Assembly: GCA_951406725.2 (NCBI GenBank)
Contig: OX597824.1
Coordinates: 25,978,001 to 26,042,000, forward strand
Direction: 5' to 3'
From: Octopus vulgaris
Lineage: Eukaryota
Length of the DNA stretch: 64,000 nt
Each line of letters starts with the position of its first letter. The stretch's first letter is position 1. Positions 55,535 through 64,000 of this stretch are shown here, in pieces. Below the pieces are notes generated by a model. It did not search any database, was not told the DNA's origin, and was given only the letters and a program-made list of their open reading frames with translations. The position numbers were made by a program, and so were the translations under genes.

Positions 55535-55780
55535 ATATACAGTTACATACACACACGCGTACGTACACATACATACTAAGAATGTGAAGAGCTTGCGATA
55601 CTTATATATGTTTAGAGATTTTTTTTTTTTTTTGCGAAGATCTGATGAAAGAAAGATTTTGACAAAAGGAAGTCGGAAAGAAGGGAAAGAACTCATTGAG
55701 GAAATTGTGAAGTGGGAAAAGCGAAAGATTTCAGTGAATTGTGTGTGTGTTCCGGATGAAATTGTTGTCGTTACACTTAC

Positions 55781-55821
55781 TTGTCTGCTGCTGGCCGCAG
55801 CTCAAAGGACGTAGCAGCCAT
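55781..55821 (-). CDS. Candidate first coding exon of an unidentified minus-strand gene (MAATSFELRPAAD-, phase 2)
   Basis: Strong Kozak context actATGG, GC-rich codons, donor CAA|gtaagt at 55780-55775, pyrimidine-rich 5'UTR-like sequence upstream; protein not recognised. Confidence 0.45.
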
Positions 55822-58133
55822 AGTCTTGTTTTCCAAAGTTGTAATAGTGGTAGAAGTTGTAGTAGAGATTCGCACTGGAGTAAGAGGTGAGTGTGGCTGG
55901 AGTGAATTTAATAGTAGCAGGAGCAGCAGCAGCAAAGAAAAGAGAGCGACAGAGAGAAGGAGAGAGTGAGAGAAAAAAAGACGAGGGGAGCAGTGGCAGT
56001 AGTAACAGTAGTAGTGATGGTGAGGGCTGTAATAGTATTTGTTATAGTGCTGGTAGCTGTAGTAATGATAGGTACTTTTTTTTTTTGGAAGAGGAAAATC
56101 TGTGAAAAGTGAGAGAGAAAAAAAGGGATAACAGAAAAAATAAGAGAACTTTCAACGAAGAGAAGAGTACATAGGGAGCAATAAACTTAGAGAGAGAAAG
56201 AAAGAGTAAAGAGAGACGTGACTTAATTACAAAGAATTAAAGAGAGAGAAAGAAAAAGTGGGCTCTATATGATAGAGAGAAGGAGAATTAAGAAAGCAGA
56301 GAGAAGAAAGATTAAGAACCTAGAGAAAAGAAATGCGTGCAGAACGAAGGAATTAAAGGTGTAGAGAGAAATAGAAAAGGATAATTAAAAATAGAAAGGA
56401 AAAAATCCTTACAAAAAAGGGAGCTTAAGATAGAGAAAGAGTGAGAGAGGATGATAAATTAAAGGGACAGAGAATGAGAGGAGAATAGTAAATGTATGAA
56501 AAGGGAATTTACAGAGAAAGAAAGAAGAGAGAGAGGGTGTAGACAGTCAAATAATGTAAGAAAAGGCAGATAGATAGATAAAGAGAGAAAGGGAGGGGTA
56601 AGGTAAAATACACGAGCAGAGAAGGTAGAGAAAAAGGGGGAAAGAATGAAAGAAAAAGTGGAAGAGAAAAGAAAGTGCGATGAACGAACGATATAGCGAG
56701 AAGATAAAGCAATACAGAAAAATAAGAGAGAAGGAAAGAAAGAATAAGAATGCGAAGGGGCGGAAGAGATGGCAAGAGTTGAAGAGAGGTAGGAAGAGTA
56801 ATAGCGAGGGGAAATAGTGAAACAGTGAAGAGGAATAGTATGAGGAAGAGTGATATAAATAACTGAGTTGGATAATGAGTGAGGGAGGGAGTATTGAGTA
56901 AGTGAGGGAATGAATGGAATAGTGAGTGAGTGAGTAAGGGAATGAAGGAATGAAGGCTCCAACAAGGATCGAAGGTGGATAACGTCGACGAAGGAAAGAA
57001 TCGTTTGTTATACGTCGATGGGATGATGCTAATGATGACGAAAGAAAGGGTGATGGAAGGAAGACAAGCACATTTAGAGAGTGGCAGAGAGATAGCTTGA
57101 CAGACAGGAGAGAGGAAGAGAGAGAAACAGACTGAGCGTGACTGACAGAGACAGAGCGTAACAACCTGACAGACAGAAAGGAAGATATATATATAGACTA
57201 AGCGTGACAGATAGACAGTTTAGTGAGAGAAATACTGAGCAAGAGGTAAAAATAACTAGATACATAGACAGATACAGTGTGAGAGAATGAGTAGAAGGTA
57301 TAGGAAAATCAATGAGAGAGATATGGGGGGAGGGGAAATTATAGAGAAAGAAAGAGTGATGAAGAAAAATGGAGAGATAGAAGATGAATAAAGATGGATA
57401 TATATATATTTTATATTTACAGAGAGAGAAAGGGTGAGAGGCCGATATCAACTAAACATTAGAGACAGGAAACAGTAGCAGAAAGTATGTATCAGATATG
57501 GTTTGGTGGGTGAGAAAGAGAGTGAACGGTAGAGCTAAGAATTGACAGCAGTATGTGTGTGTGTGTGTATATCTATGTATGTATACATATGTACATGTGT
57601 ATACATATGTGTGTGTGTGTGGTGCATGCAACTGTTCGTCTGTAATCTGTCTTGTAAGAAATGGTAAGAAGATAAATTGTGATGGATTTACGATGATGAT
57701 TATGATGATGATGATGATGGAGACTGTGATGAGATAGTGGGGAATGTACAAGAGAGAGAAAAAGGGAGTGAGACAAGGGGAGAGACTTGGTTGAAGCCAA
57801 CGAAAATAACTGAAAAAAAGGGAGATACACCGAGAGAAAGGGACAAAGATCAAAATGAGAATAGAAAGGAAAAATAAATAAAAATAAATAAAATAAACTA
57901 AAATAAAATAAAAATAAAATAGGCGAGAGAGAGAGAGAGAGAGGGGGGGCAGGATAGTAGTAGGGATGGTAAAGCTCTGGGAATCACTAATTCTGCAATT
58001 GTTACTGTTATTCATTGCTATGTTAGGGTGTTCCATCCAACCATTCTTCCATCCATCCATCTAGCCACCAAGTTCATTCTTCCATCTATCTATCTATCTA
58101 TCCTTCAATCTTTTTCTTCAACATATATTCTTC

Positions 58134-58169
<36 letters not shown>

Positions 58170-58254
58170 GATCCATCCATCCATTCATCCATCCATTCTT
58201 TTTACTATTCTTTCAGCCATTCTTCAAAATCCACCTCAACCTCCAAATTCTCTC

Positions 58255-58820
58255 TTTCTCTCTCCCCACTTCCCCCTTCTGTCCGTCTCTCTTATTTCTT
58301 TCTCTCTCCCCTTCCCCCTTCTGTCCGTCTCTCTTATTTCTTTCTCTCTCCCCCTTCCTCCTTCTGTCCGTCTCTCTCTTATTTCTTTCTCTCTCCCCCT
58401 TCCCCCTTCTGTCCGTCTCTCTTATTTCTTTCTCTCTCCCCCTTCCCCCTTCTGTCCGTCTCTCTCTTATTTCTTTCTCTCTCCCCCTTCCCCCTTCTGT
58501 CCGTCTCTCTTATTTCTTTCTCTCTCCCCACTTCCCCCTTCTGTCCGTCTCTCTCTTATTTCTTTCTCTCTCCCCCTTCCCCCTTCTGTCCGTCTCTCTA
58601 TTATTTCTTTCTCTCTCCCCTTCCCCCTTCTGTCCGTCTCCCTCTTATTTCTTTCTCTCTCCCCACTTCCCCCTTCTGTCCGTCTCTCTTATTTCTTTCT
58701 CTCTTCCCCCTTCTGTCCGTCTCTCTCTTATTTCTTTCTCTCTCCCCCTTCTGTTCGTCTCTCTCTTATTTCTTTCTCTCTCCCCACTTCCGCCTTCTGT
58801 CCGTCTCTCTTATTTCTCTC
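58255..58820. repeat. Polypyrimidine minisatellite (~40-bp unit TTCCCCCTTCTGTCCGTCTCTCTCTTATTTCTTTCTCTCTCCCC)
   Basis: CTTCTGTCCGTCTCTC recurs about a dozen times. Confidence 0.95.
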
Positions 58821-59889
58821 TCGCTCTCTCGTTCGCTTTTTCTTTCTTAATACATGCAAAACCATCAATTTATCCATCTTTCTATCCATCCATCCACTCA
58901 AACAATCAGCCATCGTACTCTAAACTCCTTGTCTAGCTTGAACATTCCTGACTAGCTGCTGTTTCTGCAAACCCCCGACCAACACACACACTACTATTGC
59001 TGCTACCGTTATCATCATCATCATCATCATCATTATTATTATTATTATTATTAGGGGACAGTGCACATGCCATGGCTTGCTGTTTCCCCTTTTCTTACAC
59101 ACAACCCTTACTGTCCGTCCGTCAGTTTGTCAGTCAGTCAGTCAGTCAGGCTGGCTGTGGCTGACTAGCTGACTGGTTGGCTGGTTATCTTGCTGTCCGT
59201 TCGTCCGTTCGTTCGTCCGTTCGTCCGTCCGTCTGTCTATCTGTCTGTCTGACCGTCAGTCAGTCCATCTTCACGTTTCACCCCACCCCTCTTTCACCAT
59301 CACCACCTCCGAGGTCGCCGTCGCCACCATCGTCCTCATCATTATCATCATCAACATCATCATCATTATCATCGTCGCCGTCGTCGTCGTCGTCATCACC
59401 CACCAACACTACCTTGGCCTTAGCATCGCTGCTGCTTCTTGCCAATTCTTGTAGCCATAGCGATACAGAAAGGAACAGTGGTGGTGGTAGTGGCAGCGGC
59501 GGCGGCGGCGGTGGTGGATGTTACACTTTGTAGGTAGGGTGGGGGTGAGGTGGGGAAGTGCCATTGGTGGTAGCCCTGCTAGTAATAGTTGCCTGTGTGG
59601 GGGGGGGTGACGTGGTATGTTGCTGCTGCTGCTGCTGCTTTTATTGCTGTTATTGTTGTTGTTGTTGTTGTTATTGTTGTTGTTGTTTAACCCAAGGTCA
59701 CTCCTGATCTAGTCCTTGTCTCTGGACAAAAGTGATGCGGCTGTGACGACATTTTTTCGTGTGTTCGTTGTTTAAGAAAATTGGGTTGTGATTTGAGGGA
59801 AATTTGGCTGCTATTTCTTGTAGGTTGAGGCGATATGGGTTGAAATGACGATGATAATGATTACGATAACGATGTTGGAGTTAATGGGG

Positions 59890-60396
59890 ATGATGGTGGT
59901 GGTGGTGGTTGTGGTGGTGGTGGTGGTGGTGGTAGTGGTGGTGGTGGTGGTGGCGGTAATGACTTAGTGTAGTAGTAATGAAGTGGTGGTGGTGGTGGTG
60001 GTGGTAGTGGTAGTGGTGGTGGTGGATTTGGTGGTGGTAGTGGTGGTGGTGAAGTTATTGATGGTTGTGGTACTTATTAGTGTTGATGATTAGTAAATGG
60101 TACTTTAATAACAATGATGATGGTGGTAGTGGTGGTGGTTGTGGTGTAGATGGTTGTGGTGGAAGTAGTGGCAACGTCAGTAATATTGATCTTGGTGGTG
60201 GTGGTGGTGGTGCTGATGCTGATGTTGAGAATGATGGTGATATTTATGATGATGGTGATGATGATTGGTATTAATGTCAATGATGATGATGATGATGATA
60301 ATAGGAGGAAGAGGATCGTGGTGTTGATGGTGATGTGATGATGATGATGACCATGTCCATGATGATTTTAACGATGATGTTAATGATGTTGCTGCT

Positions 60397-60427
<31 letters not shown>

Positions 60428-60633
60428 ATGATGATGACGACAACGACGTCGACGACGACGACGTTGACAACGACGATGACGATAACGATGAGAATGATAA
60501 TGTCGTTGAAGATAATGTCAATGACGATGATGACGATGATGACGATGACGATGACGATGATGATGATGATGATGATGATTATGATGATTATGATGATGAT
60601 GATGATGATGACGATGATGGTGATGATGATGAC

Positions 60634-60675
<42 letters not shown>

Positions 60676-60710
60676 AGTGATGGTATGTTGATGATGATGA
60701 TGATGATGTT
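59890..60710. repeat. Trinucleotide field (GGT)n then (GAT)n/(GAC)n
   Basis: Direct. Confidence 0.95.
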
Positions 60711-60945
60711 TCTGCCAAGAGAAGTTTTGGCAGCTCTCATATTGGAATAGTAATCAAATGATGGAAGTTGTCCCGGGGTGGGAGGACGAGGTCAAAAGAT
60801 CTCACCATTCTTTCCACTCCCCCATCCCCCACACACGGCATCGTAACGTTGGAAACTCGCACACGTGCAAACACATACAGGCACAGATTTTGGTTATATA
60901 TATATCAGCTAAATACAGACGCACAGCCAGACAGATCGATCGATC

Positions 60946-61043
<98 letters not shown>

Positions 61044-61099
61044 CAGACTGAGAAAAACAAATTAAAATATAAGAGTGCATATGTGTGCGTATCTGTGTG

Positions 61100-61142
<43 letters not shown>

Positions 61143-61200
61143 GCATGTATATGTGTATATATATATATGTATGTATATATACATTTATGTATATATTTGT

Positions 61201-61257
<57 letters not shown>

Positions 61258-61276
61258 AATATAAATATATATATGT

Positions 61277-61315
<39 letters not shown>

Positions 61316-61329
61316 CATACATACATACA

Positions 61330-61362
<33 letters not shown>

Positions 61363-61376
61363 GAGGAAAAATGAAA

Positions 61377-62250
61377 ACCAAGGCAGATTGTCTCAAGTCA
61401 TTTAGAATAATTTAATTGGGGTAATTTGAAGTCTTACAGCCGTTTCTGGGACAACCTAAGTGGTTAGTTAGCATGTCCGTGCGCTGGGTATTCCATCATC
61501 AGAGACAAGGTATGAATATTTAGACGGGGAAATTTTACATATTACAAGGAATAAAATATAAAATAGTACATAAGAAATAAAATAGAAGAATAAAGGATTA
61601 AAAATAGAAGAATAAAGAGTAAGAGTAGCTAGAAGAATATAGGCAGCAGAATAATGCTCACAGCTCATCTTCTTCCAGAAGATATGGATGTTGGTTGGTA
61701 GTTCCATGAAGATATAGGGTTTTAGTTAAAATCCCAGGAAAATCCAGGCAGTATTTTGGTAGTATTCTGAATGGTGTATTCGTATTGTAAATGTGTATAT
61801 ATAGAGCGAGAAAGCTTGATGGACGTATATGAGTTTACGTCCATCATATTTTCTCGCTCTATATACACATACACTGCCTAGATTTACCTGGGATTTTAAC
61901 TAAAACCTTATATCTTCATGGATCTACCAACCAACATCCATATCTTCTTGAAGAAGAATAATTGTGAACATTATTCTGCTGCCGATATTCTTCTAGCTAC
62001 TCTTACTCTTTATTCTTCTATTTTTGCTCCTTTATTCTTCTATTTTATTCCTTATATACTATGAATTTTATTCCTTGTAATATGTAAAATTTCTCCGTCT
62101 AAATATTTATGCCTTGTCTCTGATGACGGAATACCTAGTGCACGGACATGCTAACCAACCACTTAGGTTGTCCCAGAAACGGCTGTAAGACTTCAAATTA
62201 CCCTAATTAAATTATTTTAAATGACTTGAGACGATCGTTCTGCCTTGGTT
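61377..62250. mobile_element. Long fold-back element (~400-bp diverged arms), probably inverted Penelope-like pLTRs, each arm with a hammerhead motif
   Basis: AACCAAGGCAGA..61377 mirrors ..TCTGCCTTGGTT 62250; centre near 61830 (GATGGACGTA-TATGAGTT-TACGTCCATC); HHR motifs at 61431-61506 (-) and 62116-62191 (+). Confidence 0.75.
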
Positions 62251-62649
62251 TAGATACTTCCCCTAATATAATATATACATGCTATAACGGAACCCTAATA
62301 CAGATCCCTTGATCCAGCCTTAGCTGTGATCTTGGAACCTAACGGTCGACCAATTATAGCACTTAACCAGTGTACCTATTCGTTTAGATTACAAGTGAAC
62401 TAAACCCATTACATTCTTTATACATGTATATCTCTTCCGTAATGCAGTCGGAAGACGTAGTGTTCTCTCTCCTTTACATGAATGTATGACTGTATACATG
62501 TGTATGCATTTTGTGTATGCACATGCACATACTCACATATACATACATACATACATACATACATACATACATACATACATACATACATACATACATACAT
62601 ACATACATACATACATACATACATACATAATTACATACATGCATATCTG

Positions 62650-62901
62650 CAGGGTGGCCCAAAAGTATGTTTACAATTATCACGTAGGAACTTTAAATTT
62701 CTTTTAAAATATTTTAGTACATTTAAATTTCTATCGATAGGCGCAGGAGTGGCTGTGTGGTAAGTAGCTTGCTTACCAACCACACGGTTCCGGGTTCAGT
62801 CCTACAGCGTGGCACCTTGGGAAAGTGTCTTCTACTATAGCCTCGGGCCGACCAAACCCTTGTGAGTGGATTTGGTAGACGGAAAACTGAAAGAAGCCTG
62901 T

Positions 62902-62972
<71 letters not shown>

Positions 62973-63305
62973 TTGTGTGTCTGTGTTTGTCACCCCAACA
63001 TCGCTTGACAACCGATGCTGGTGTGTTTACGTCCCCGTTACTTAGCGGTTCGGCAAAACAGACCAATAGAATAAGTACTAGGCTTACAAAGAATAAGTCC
63101 TGGGGTCGATGTGCTCGACTAAAAGTCGGTACTCCAGCATGGCCGCAGTCAAATGACTGAAACAAGTAAAAGAGTAAAGAGTACCTTACAATGAAACTAG
63201 CATAGAATAATGGTTTCATATTTTTTTTTATAAGATGTAAACTGGTAATATATGAATGCGAAAGAGATAGTTGAATAACTGTAAACCTACTTTTGGACCA
63301 CACTG
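62650..63305. mobile_element. Tc1/mariner MITE containing a full-length family A SINE (62740-63182, +)
   Basis: CAGGGTGGCCCAAAAGTATGTTTACAATTAT mirrors ATAACTGTAAACCTACTTTTGGACCACACTG|TA. Confidence 0.75.
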
Positions 63306-63368
<63 letters not shown>

Positions 63369-63404
63369 ATGGATTATTTTAAGCAGCAGAAAATTCAACA
63401 AAAT

Positions 63405-63442
63405 CTGTTACTCTGAGTTTCTCGTTGCCGTTCATCAGACAG
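63405..63442 (-). ncRNA. Minimal type-I hammerhead motif
   Basis: ctgt-CTGATGA-A-CG-gcaa-CG-A-GAA-ACTCAGAGT-A-acag. Confidence 0.6.
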
Positions 63443-63711
63443 TTTTTGCTAGAATGGAACATATATATTAATATCAATCTATACTCTATACAAACGCTAC
63501 ACCTTTAAAAAGAAATGGACTTGTTTGATTGGCCCTTTAGAAAAAACGGTCAATCTTCGAGCGATAAACAATTTAAAGGTCAAAAAATATAAGTATATAA
63601 ATATACAAAAACTTATAAAAATTATAAAATCCGAGGAAAAAACCGAAAAAACCTAATTGCCGTTAATGAAGACAGTACAAATTAATGCATAAAAAAATAT
63701 AATTAATATCA

Positions 63712-63772
63712 CACTACGATCGTTTCATGCCTGCTGTCTTCAAATTTTTGAGTCGCAGTCATTCATCAGGTG
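63712..63772 (-). ncRNA. Type-I hammerhead motif with intact core and palindromic stem III
   Basis: cac-CTGATGA-ATG-a-CTGC..TCAAA..TTTGA..GCAG-g-CAT-GAA-ACGATCGT-A-gtg. Confidence 0.7.
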
Positions 63773-63837
63773 GTTTAAATATTTTTCTTGGCGAGGTTTA
63801 AACAATGAATGTATGTATGTATATAAATATATATAAT

Positions 63838-63967
63838 GAGGGAGTATGACCTAGTGGTTAGAGTATTGCAATTACGATCGCTAGATCGTGGTTTCAATTC
63901 CTAGACCGGATGGTGCGTTTTGATCTTGAGCAAAATACTTCATCTCATGCAGCTCTGCGATCACTTA
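63838..63967 (+). mobile_element. SINE family H 5' portion
   Basis: TGACCTAGTGGTTAGAG A-box, GGTTTCAATTCC B-box; homologue of 49675-49961. Confidence 0.7.
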
Positions 63968-64000
63968 TATATATGATGGACTCTCCGGTCGAAGACGATG

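Noticed and set aside
58028-58936. 302-aa L/S/P/F-rich ORF resembling a membrane protein
   Set aside because: Translation of a CT minisatellite.
59177-60718. Ser/Gly-, Met- and His-rich ORFs
   Set aside because: Trinucleotide repeats with no convincing splice or domain context.

Overview
Eukaryotic, AT-rich, microsatellite-saturated non-coding DNA. The SINE families and (TA)n/(CA)n/(GATA)n/(GAT)n density look like a coleoid cephalopod (Octopus-like); this is inferred from recalled repeat patterns, not a search. No intact multi-exon CDS is visible. Almost all entries in the ORF track are microsatellite or SINE read-through. The only protein-like sequences are 3' fragments of LINEs (CR1-group, RTE). 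The window is mostly tRNA-derived SINEs, MITEs of four DNA-transposon types (Tc1/mariner, piggyBac, hAT, Helitron), mini/microsatellites and fold-back palindromes. It probably contains the 5' end and long introns of a minus-strand gene, with weak candidate first exons near 55.8, 33.9 and 28.9 kb. The most striking signal is about nine minimal type-I hammerhead-ribozyme motifs of the Penelope-like-element (PLE) type, each in short AT-rich modules beside (TA)n tracts. They include a G3-C8 core-swapped variant (45460-45509) and a mirror-image pair inside an ~870-bp palindrome (61377-62250). All folding was done by eye and no cleavage activity is shown.
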